Of a stretch of 64,000 nucleotides of DNA, positions 55,620 through 64,000 are shown piece after piece; the first letter of the stretch is position 1, and each line of letters opens with the position of its first letter. Source of the DNA: Peribolospora baueri (lineage: Eukaryota); contig JAMDHS010000073.1 of NCBI GenBank assembly GCA_029717555.1, positions 1 through 64,000 of the forward strand, read 5' to 3'. A program made the position numbers and the translations under genes. Under the pieces are notes generated by a model. That model ran no database searches and was not told the origin of the DNA. It saw only the letters and a list, made by a program, of their open reading frames with translations.

Positions 55620-58328
55620 ATGATCAAGCGGTCCGCCTTCTTCTCCACCCTGTCCTCCTACTTTGGCGTCGGCGGCAACACCGGCTCAGGAGACGCTTTT
55701 CCCACCACCACCTCGCGCAGAGACCCGAGGCGACGCGCCGGCGACGACCCTTGGTCGCTCCCCTACAGTTCCTCCAGGCTCGACCTTGGCCCAGGCGCTT
55801 CCACCTACTCCCTCGCCGACCCCTCCTCGCCCGGCTACTTCATGCCCAGCCAGCCATACGCCAAGGGCGGCGGCAACGGCGGCACCGGCGGCGCTCAAGC
55901 CTCTTACCCGCCCCGACAGATAGACGGCGTCGACAGCTCGTCTACGCTCGCCCTCAACATGTCCAACGGCATCCAAGCGGCCCCCAGACCACCCCGCGCC
56001 CCGCTCCAGTCCATCTCCTCCCCTAACCTCCCCGCGAGCGCATACCCTCCCCTCCGGCACACCTGGGACCGCATCCGAAATTGGTGCCAGCAAGAGTACC
56101 CCGAGCTCGGCGACACGCTCAACTGGCCCGCCCTCGACGCCGACATCGACGCGTTCGAGCTCGCCATCGGCTTCGCCCTTCCCCCGGCGGTGCGGGAGAG
56201 CTACCTGTGCGTCAACGGCCAGGAGGGGGAGAGCGCCGCCGCCTGTACCGATGGCCTCCTCTTCGGCATGGCCCTTCTCACTCTCGACGAGGCCCTCCAC
56301 GAGTGGCGCTTCTGGCGCAGCGTCGACAACGACCCCGACACGGGCGCCAACCCTCGGGTGCGGGCCATGATGAGCTCCGTGCCCCCTCTCTGGGTCCGCG
56401 AGGAGTACAGCTGCCGAGGCTGGATTCCGCTCATCACCGACAGAGTGGGCAACTACATCGGCGTCGACCTCGCTCCCGACCCCAACGGCAGCGGCGCCCC
56501 CGGTCAGGTCATCCTCTTCGGCCGCGAGTTTGACACAAAAGTGGTCCTGTGGAGGGGAGAGGGCGAGGGAGGCTGGGGACGCTGGTTGCAGAGCATCGCC
56601 GACGAGCTCGAGGCCGGCGAGACGTGGGAGCTTGACGACGGGAGCGGCGTCGCCGACAGCGCCGAGGAGGACGAGGACTCGGTCGGCTACGCGAGCTACT
56701 TCTCCGGCGGCGGAGGCGGCGGTGGTCGCGGCGGAGGCGATCGCGGAGGGGAGGGCGCTGCCGTCTTTAGGCTCACCGGCGAATACCGCGGATGGCCCGT
56801 CCTCGAGGCGTTTGCGGATAAGAGTATGCGAAAGTGGTCAGAGGTCGGTCTTGGTCGCGAATCGGCCGCCAGTGGCAGCAATGGCCCCCGTCCGCCGTCG
56901 GTGCGACTCGACGGCGCCGACGCCGACGCCGCCGTCGCCGCCGCTGCTGCTGCTGCCGCCGCGACTGCATCCGCGCAGACCGACGCCGCCGCCGCCGCCG
57001 GCCCATCTCGCGTTGGCGGCCACGTCCCCAGGGAAAGCCTCGACGGTTCCGAGCGGATAGGTCTCCACGCCCCGAGCCATCCTCTCGAATCCGTCGCAGA
57101 GACGCCGGGGAGCCCGGTGTTGAGCGCCGCCGAGGACGGCGCGCTACTTCAGTCTTTTGCGAACGATGGCTCGCCGTCGTCAGAGGACCTCCGCGTCGAC
57201 GTATCCGTCACTACACTCAACTCTACCTCGGCTTCGGCACCGCAAAGCCGAGATCCCGCCGGCTCGTCCCAACTCTTGTCTCCTCCGCCGCCGAGCTTCA
57301 AGTCACCGATCCGGAACAACGGCAAGCAGCGGGAGCGACAATTCTCGGCGGCCGGCAGCAACGACGAGGTCGAGGACCTCTCCGTGCCGCCCGGACCGAC
57401 GCGGGAGCGGCCGCTGAGCCAAGGCCCGCCCGCCGCGCCGCTCGACCTGCCGACGGTCGACGACGTACGTGCGGCGCAAGCGGCCGCGATGGCCCAACAC
57501 CGAACGAGCGGCCGATTCACCCTAGAACCTGGCGGCCGCCACGACTACGACTCGGGCGCGATAGACCTCGGCGCACCGAGGTCGTCCTCGTCGTCCTCTT
57601 CACCCCGCCAGGGTCGGCCGACGAGCAATGCCAACGGTGTGCGAACGACGGGCGGCCCGACGACGGCGTTGGCTGACGTCGTCATCGACCCTTCTATCGA
57701 TCCTCTCGGCGGCGGTGCTGCGGGCAGGAACGGGGCGCGGCTGAGCTCTAGTTCGAGTCCGCGCGGGTCGAGCGAAAGCGCGTTGGCGAGGGCGGGTCTC
57801 ATGGGCGGCAGTACGCCCAAGGTGCTCACGCCCACCACGTCGTCTCGGGATAGCACGGCGGGCAAGGCCTTGCCGCCGCTGGTCGACTCGCTGGTCGACA
57901 CCACCACCACCGCATCTCCGTCTCCATCCCCGACTCCTTCGCCCGCCAAGGTCAGATCGCCGCTGACCGACGGCATCGTTTCTTCGCCCTTGGAGGAATC
58001 TCCCCGTTCGCCGACGTCGACGTCGTCTGGCTCCGTCTCCGGCTCGAATTCCAATTCGGTCACTCCGAGGGCCATGTCTCCCGGGAGCGCCGCGTCAGGC
58101 GGTGGAGGACAAGGATCACCAGGCGGCGAGCTGAGAGACGGAGACGGAGACGGCGAAGGGCAAGGGCATGGATCGACGACAAAGTTGGCAAAGCGGCTCA
58201 GCATCACCGGCGGCCCTCGCCCGGCGGGGCCGAGGACGAGGCATCTGAGGAACGATAACCACGGCGTAGGCAGCATTGGCAGCCTTAAGGAGCTCAATCT
58301 CGATGATGGCCCTGGGGCGACTACGTAA
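55620..58328 (+). CDS. SMI1: Smi1/Knr4 cell-wall / glucan synthesis regulator
   Basis: TWDRIRNWCQQEYPELGDTLN, LPPAVRESYLCVNGQE, GWIPLITDRVGNYIGVDLAP, GQVILFGREFDTK; disordered C-terminal tail. Confidence 0.9.
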   Translation: MIKRSAFFSTLSSYFGVGGNTGSGDAFPTTTSRRDPRRRAGDDPWSLPYSSSRLDLGPGASTYSLADPSSPGYFMPSQPYAKGGGNGGTGGAQASYPPRQIDGVDSSSTLALNMSNGIQAAPRPPRAPLQSISSPNLPASAYPPLRHTWDRIRNWCQQEYPELGDTLNWPALDADIDAFELAIGFALPPAVRESYLCVNGQEGESAAACTDGLLFGMALLTLDEALHEWRFWRSVDNDPDTGANPRVRAMMSSVPPLWVREEYSCRGWIPLITDRVGNYIGVDLAPDPNGSGAPGQVILFGREFDTKVVLWRGEGEGGWGRWLQSIADELEAGETWELDDGSGVADSAEEDEDSVGYASYFSGGGGGGGRGGGDRGGEGAAVFRLTGEYRGWPVLEAFADKSMRKWSEVGLGRESAASGSNGPRPPSVRLDGADADAAVAAAAAAAAATASAQTDAAAAAGPSRVGGHVPRESLDGSERIGLHAPSHPLESVAETPGSPVLSAAEDGALLQSFANDGSPSSEDLRVDVSVTTLNSTSASAPQSRDPAGSSQLLSPPPPSFKSPIRNNGKQRERQFSAAGSNDEVEDLSVPPGPTRERPLSQGPPAAPLDLPTVDDVRAAQAAAMAQHRTSGRFTLEPGGRHDYDSGAIDLGAPRSSSSSSSPRQGRPTSNANGVRTTGGPTTALADVVIDPSIDPLGGGAAGRNGARLSSSSSPRGSSESALARAGLMGGSTPKVLTPTTSSRDSTAGKALPPLVDSLVDTTTTASPSPSPTPSPAKVRSPLTDGIVSSPLEESPRSPTSTSSGSVSGSNSNSVTPRAMSPGSAASGGGGQGSPGGELRDGDGDGEGQGHGSTTKLAKRLSITGGPRPAGPRTRHLRNDNHGVGSIGSLKELNLDDGPGATT

Positions 58329-59716
58329 TCGGCATCCCAACCAACCCAACCTCGCTTGCGTCCTTCGCGCCGTCCCCTTCCCACACCGGCACCGGTCTCA
58401 TCTTCTCTCGTTCGTTTTCATCGTTATTCGAGCCGGTCATGCCCCTCCCTTTGCGCTTGCGCCTTCAACATCCCCTCCCACCTAGATGCTCGTCCACTCT
58501 CTTCGTCGCTCCCTCGCACGTGCCCGTCCGTCCGTCCGTCCAACCAAGCCAGCCAAGCCAAGCCAGCTTACCAACTTGCCAGCCAGCTAGCCAGCCAGGC
58601 GCCCTATACCCTGACACACATCGGCCGAACAAATTTTCCTCTCTTTTCCCCGCCATCCATCTTCCTTTTTTTGCCTCTTTTTTTTTTTTTTTTTTCTTCC
58701 CTTCCCGAGACATAGTCCGGACCCTTGCGTCGTCGACTCGCTTCTCGTACCCATTATCGGGCCCCCGACGTTCTCCCGCCTCGTTTCCCCTACGCCGACG
58801 GCCCAAGCGGCCCGGCCCGAGCCCGAGCGGGTGTCTATCTATCTCTTGGCGTCTTATTAGCCCCCTTTCTTTCTATGTTCTGCGCTTCTAGTGACGAGAC
58901 GGATCGTTTACCCCGATTCGGTGATCCCCTTCGTTTCGTTCTCGGCACGGACTAGATCTGTCCTTTTCCTTCTTCCTTCTTGTTCCTTCTTGGCTCGTGT
59001 TCATATTTTCCTCGTTCGCTAAACTTCTTTGCCCCTCTTTTGCGCGCATAACAAAACCGTCTTTCCTTTTTTTTGTCTTTTCTTTGTTTCATCCTCGCTT
59101 CGCTTCTAACCCCGATCGATCGATTCCTTCCATTCCCCTCGTTCGTTGCCCACATACGCGTGCTTCGATGCCCCTCCTTCGTCACAAACCCGCACCGAAC
59201 CCGTCTCTCGTCCACACCGTCCTTTTTCTTTCCTTTCCTCTTATTTTTTTTATCCTTTTTCTTCTTCTTCGTCTTCGGTCGGCCAGCCCGACCTTTGGCA
59301 TTCCTTCTCTCGACCCTTTGGACACTTTGGGACGAGGAGCAGCAGCAGCAACAACAACAACGGCAGCGCCATCCCTCATTCGGAGCGCAAGCAAGCGTCT
59401 GTTCTTCTTTTCTCCCGCTTTCGCCTCGCTTCGGCTTTGTCGTCGCTTCCCTTCTTCTTCTTCCGTCCAGAGTGTTTCTTTTCTTCCCTCCTTGCTCGTT
59501 CGTCCCCCCACGCGCTTCGTCCCTCCATCCGTCTATCCCACCGTCCCTTCCACCGTCCGTACCCCTCTTCGGTTCCTCCGTCGGGTCCCGTGTCGTTTTG
59601 TCGTTCAGCCTGTCGTCGTCGGACTTTTTGGATGAGATGAATCAAGGGCCGACTGATCGATCGTGATCGTGTGCCTGCTTGTCTGTCTGTCTCTGTCTGC
59701 CCCGTCTAGTCGCCCT

Positions 59717-59822
59717 CTCGGGCTGGCCGAGGCTCGAGCGAGCGAGCGGATGGCTGGCCGATCGGACCCCGATCGCGGCGTCGCGCGGTGGGCAGGTCGC
59801 GCGTTATCTCGGTTGGGCCGAT
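59717..59822. promoter_or_regulatory. Two CTCGG-N5-CCGA(G/T) inverted repeats plus a GATA site upstream of xanA
   Basis: CTCGGgctggCCGAG 59717-59731; TTATC 59804-59808; CTCGGttgggCCGAT 59808-59822; TATA-like sequence at about 59882. Confidence 0.5.
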
Positions 59823-59956
59823 GCGGTGGTCGCCGTGATGGTGGTGGTGGTCGTCGTCGTCGTCGTCGCCGGTCGTGTGGATATATACATACTGACTGAC
59901 TGTCTGACTCCCTCCACTCCCTCCACCTCCATAACCACCCCACCCACCCGCTCACC

Positions 59957-61967
59957 ATGTCCTCGCTCACCTTCGAACCCCTCCCCGCCTCCGCTATCCC
60001 CGGCGCACCCTCCCCGCGGCGCGACCCGAACTTTGGGCGCATCGTCCGTGGCGTCGACCTGGCCAACCTATCCGACGACCAGCTCGAACAAGTCAAGCAC
60101 GCCCTCTACACTCACTCCCTCCTCCTCTTCCCCGCCACCAAGCTTGAGCCCGACGCACAGTACCGCTTGACCAAGGTCCGTACAGTCCCAGTCCTCACCC
60201 CCGCTCTGTGATGACCGCCGACGCCCCCTCGGCTGATCCTTTCTTCACCGCCCTTCGTCTCCTCGGCGTATCGTATCGAATCGTATCGCATCGTTACGAC
60301 GCCCGACCCGCCCTCAGGCTTTTGACGTGAGTCGCTGTCGAACCCTCCGTCGCCAAGGACGAGGACAAGACGAGACGGCAAGACACTCAGACTCGCTTTC
60401 TTCCACCCCTCGCCGCCTCGCAGCCGACGTCCGAGTCCTACGGCCACGGCAACAACGGCCGCCAAGAAAAATCCGTCCTCCACCCCGACCTCAAGACCAT
60501 CCCCGCCGTGCCCCAGGTCCAGCTCATCGGCAACGGCCTTGTCCAGAGCCACTACGGTCTCCAAGGCGCACAGCTCAAGCACCCGCATCACAAGACTTTT
60601 CACAAAACACACGTCTCCGATGACGACGAGGCCCGTGGGTTCACGAGGTGCGAGAGCGGCATGCCCTCGTTTCATACGCCTCCTCCTCTGTCCTCCGTCC
60701 CGCTCCGTCGCTGACTCGGTCTCCTTCCGCCTCGCCTCGCCTCCGTCCCAAAGATTCTACCGCTGGGTACGTTTTCGTCTCCTACCTCGCCCTCGCCCTC
60801 GCTCGTTCGCTCACACAGACGACCTTTTGTTTCCCCGCAGCACATCGACGCCGCTCTGTACAAACTCTCCCCTCCGCGCGTCACGACGCTGTATGCGCTC
60901 AAGGTGCCCAAGGGAGCGCCTCAGATGGTGAGGTGAGTAAATGCGCTGAACGTACCGAAGGGTCATACGATTCGAGAGGGCGTGCACGAAAACGCTCACC
61001 GCCACCTTGCGCTCGGCCCTAGATACGACGACGGCACCGGCGACGAGCTCCCCGTCCCCCTGGGTACGACAGCGTGTGAGTGCGCGAGTCTCCCGACCGC
61101 TGCGTTTACGCCAGTGTCGACCACCGACCGACCTGGATTGCCTCTCTCTTCTACAGTCGTTTCGGGCGCGACCATGTTCGACCGCCTCTCTCCGGCTGAA
61201 AAGTCGCTGGCGGTGCGGACGACAGTGCGGTATGCGCCTCATCCGTACGTCTGGATGGGCCCCGCACGATCCAAGCCCACGGGTCTCGGCTTGGAGGACG
61301 AAGGGAGGGAGATGAGCTTGGAGGACTTGCCGGAGTGGCGGGAGGACGAGGTGAAGCAACTTCCCATGGTGAGCCGTCGCCGCGGGAATGGAGAGCGACG
61401 GGGGGCGGAGGCGGATATTCAGACGTTCAGATTCACTCACCCGTCCCCGCCTTGGCCTTGGCCCCCACTCGCAGTTGTGGACGAACCCGGTGACGGGCCG
61501 TCTGCACTTCCAGGTCCACCCCTCGGCGGTACAAGAGCTCATCATCGACTCCATCGATGCCTCGGCCGGATCCAAGGTGCCCGAAGGCGAGCGGCTCTTC
61601 CCGCAAGGCGCGCACATCAAGGACCTGGCCGAGGTCAGGAAGATTGTGTACGAGTGAGTCGGTCGAACCGTCTCGTCTCGGCTTTGTTTCGTTCGTTCGT
61701 GGCCGTCGAGGTCGTGGTCGTCTCGTCTCATCGCCTCGTTCGCGGGCCTCTTCTGCCAGCCTCCAACGACCGGCAATCGACCCGTCGCTGGTGTACGCCC
61801 ACGATTGGGAAGAGGGCGACATGTGCCTCTTCCACAACCAGGGCGTCCTCCACTCTGTCGTGGGCGCCTTCAAGCCCGACGAGGTGCGCATGTTCCACCA
61901 GTGCAACCTGGCCGCCAGCGAGGACCCCAAGGGCCCGTCCGACGAGGACGTGAGCGCCTTTGCGTAG
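59957..61967 (+). CDS. xanA: Alpha-ketoglutarate/Fe(II)-dependent xanthine dioxygenase (XanA, TauD superfamily); 9 exons
   Basis: Spliced AFDPTSESYGHGN, ILHPDLKTIP, QVQLIGNG, LKHPHHKTFHK, TRFYRWHIDAALY (HxD), YDDGTGDELPVPLGTTA, YAPHPYVW, FHNQGVLHSVVG, FHQCNLAAS. Confidence 0.92.
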
Positions 61968-62354
61968 CGTAGCGTAGTAAGTAAGTTAAGTATGTATGTG
62001 TGTATGTGTGTATGTATGTATGTATGTAGTGCGCCTGTCCGTCCGTCGGTCTGTCCGTCTGTCCGTGGGTGGGTGCGGTGCGGAAACAAAAGCGTGCGTC
62101 GTCGCAAAACCTTTTCCTATTCCCATCGGTTTGTACTTTTTTTCCTCTTTTCTTTCCCGCCGCCTCCCGCGAACGTCTCCCTCCGACTCGTCTCGTCTCG
62201 TCTGTCTCGTCTCGTCTCGTCTGTCTCGTCTCGTATTTGTACGTCCGAAGAACCGGGCTTCACGCCCAAACAAACGACGGTCTGTGTTGCATGGTGCGCT
62301 AGCGTGGGCGAGACTTTACGAAATTTTCGTACGATCTTCCTTTCTAGCGGCCAG

Positions 62355-63049
62355 TCATGACCCGCGATACTGGACGGAGAGAGGTGAGACGGGGGCGATG
62401 GTGCGCATGGATGGATGAGTGGATGAGCGTCCGCCGGCCGAGTTGGATGAAGAGAGAGGGAGCTCGAGAGCACTCACGGTGGTGTAAGAGTGGTTGGAGA
62501 GCAGCAGAGGGATGTGGTAGTGCGCGTCCGGCGGGTCTTGGACGGTGAAATAGATCTGGCGGGAGCGAAGTGGAAGGACGTTTGTTTGTCTGTCTCTGTC
62601 TTTCTGTCTTGTCTGTCTATCTATCTGTCTTGTGTCTTGACGACGGATATGCGCCGGTCAGCCCGCGCTTTAGTTTTGCTCACCTCGACAAAGGGAAAAA
62701 AGGTAGGCCTCGCCTTCCGGTCAAAGTAGTCGCCCGTCTCGAACCTCATCTTGTACACGCCCGGCTCGAGGACGTGCGTTAGCGAGAGAAGGTTCGTTGC
62801 TCGGCCGTCTGAGTCGGTCTCCCTGTTGTCGTGTCGCGGCCGTGGCGGTGAGAAAGGGAAAGAGAAGAGGAAAATCTTTCTTTCTTTCTTTCTTTCTTTC
62901 ACTCACCCCTCGGCCACCGTCGCAAACGCCACTCCCTGCCCCTGCCCCTGCTGCCGCTCCAGGCGGACGGAGACGCCGTCGCCCGGCTTGCCCTCGGTGG
63001 CGTCCAGGACGTGGCAGGTGATGGGCGACTTGTGCGGCCGCGCGGTCAT
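62355..63049 (-). CDS. 5-hydroxyisourate hydrolase (transthyretin-like protein); 4 exons
   Basis: SPITCHVLD, TDSDGR, FFPFVEIYF, HYHIPLLLS, and the diagnostic C-terminal YRGS encoded by a final 15-nt coding exon (62355-62369). An alternative in-frame ATG lies at 63076. Confidence 0.93.
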
Positions 63050-63143
63050 GGTCGTCGTCGTCGTCGTCGTGGTCATCGTCGTCGGTCTGGTGCTGAGCGG
63101 CGACGAGACGGAGATGGAGACGGGAACGACCGACGACGGTGGG

Positions 63144-63198
63144 TTATCGGTTATCGGTTATCTCCGCCGGAGATGCCTCGGTCGAGCCGAGGCGATAA
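63144..63198. promoter_or_regulatory. GATA-site cluster and CTCGG-N5-CCGAG element upstream of the HIU hydrolase gene
   Basis: TTATC at 63144, 63151 and 63158; CTCGGtcgagCCGAG 63177-63191; GATAA 63194-63198. Confidence 0.55.
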
Positions 63199-63824
63199 AA
63201 TAGAGTCGCACGGGAGCGGACGGCGATCACGAACGCCGGCGGCCGTGTTTGTGTCGCACGACGGACAGGTTGGTGCTCCTCCTCCTTCTCCCTCAGCAGC
63301 CCTCGTCGCTCCTCACTCGCACTCGCACTCGCACCCACCCACTCGGGCCTGCAAGAGAACAAAGAACAACTGTTCGAGCTCATGTCGCCCCCCCTTCAGC
63401 ACTCGGCCGCCTCTGTCGCGGATGCTTCGCGGCGAGCGGGCCAGCGATAAGACCAGCCAGCCAGCCAGCCCCAGCCAGCCCGTCACCGCGCCCGGTCTTC
63501 TTATCTCGCATCTTCGCCCTCTCTAGCGTCGCCTCGCTCAGGAACAATCTATCACCGCTCACCGTCGTCCATGACAGGAGACGACGGATGGAGGAGCGGC
63601 GGATCGCTCCAGGACGGCGCGGCGCGGCGCGGTTCGGACGGCGGCCAACGACTCCCTCTTCACCTTCGTCCCTCCTCCACCGCTGACACCGTTCCCTCTT
63701 TTCCTCCTGCTTCACCTCCCCCTCATCGTCGCTCCAACGCCGTTGTCTATAGCGCGGCTAGCAAAGTGCAGTGACTTGACGGACGGACGGACGGACGGAC
63801 AGGGACCCCGGTGCACGAGCGCCC

Positions 63825-64000
63825 ATGGCAACCGTCTTCCCCGAAAAGGCCGACGTGGCGTCCTCGCACATCGTCACCGTCGAGCCCAGTCACACCGCCC
63901 CGCCCTCACCCACCCGACCTGGCTCCGAGGACAACGACGGCGACGACACGCGAAGCCGCCATGCCGCTTCGCCCTCGCCAGATTTGCCCCCCGGCTTACG
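63825..64000 (+). CDS. Probable gene start, truncated by the window edge; function unknown
   Basis: CCCATGG start context; open to the window end (MATVFPEKADVASSHIVTVEPSHTAPPSPTRPGSEDNDGDD...) with host-like C/G-ending codons. Confidence 0.45.
   Translation, partial: MATVFPEKADVASSHIVTVEPSHTAPPSPTRPGSEDNDGDDTRSRHAASPSPDLPPGL

Noticed and set aside
61965..61995. Stop read-through of xanA giving SKL
   Set aside because: An in-frame SKL follows the stop but is not itself followed by a stop, and the TAG CGT context is not the known TGA CTA read-through motif.

Overview
Eukaryotic, intron-rich, high-GC fungal DNA. It is most consistent with a basidiomycete (short GT-AG introns with CTRAY branch sites, micro-exons, many microsatellites, basidiomycete-style Gat1/AreA). 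About 20 protein-coding genes can be rebuilt by hand-splicing; most entries in the ORF track are shadow or low-complexity ORFs. Left to right: Clg1/Pcl-type cyclin (with a uORF and hairpin in its leader), AreA/Gat1 GATA factor, RRM/ZnF/G-patch RBM5/10-like protein, complex I B15 subunit, Dcp1, START-domain protein, Cdc45, Spt6, mitochondrial PheRS, Snu13, complex I B14 subunit, Dad4, Kv-beta-like aldo-keto reductase, a large mucin-like aspartic protease, an intronless Tet(X)-like flavin monooxygenase, PKA catalytic subunit, Smi1/Knr4, XanA xanthine dioxygenase, HIU hydrolase and a truncated gene at the right edge. Best leads: (i) a purine-catabolism gene pair or cluster whose promoters share a CTCGG-N5-CCGA(G/T) inverted repeat next to GATA sites; (ii) the Tet(X)-like monooxygenase; (iii) the cyclin uORF-hairpin element; (iv) the unusual protease architecture. 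No tRNA, rRNA, CRISPR array or intact transposon was seen. Gene identities come from motif recognition only; no database search was run.
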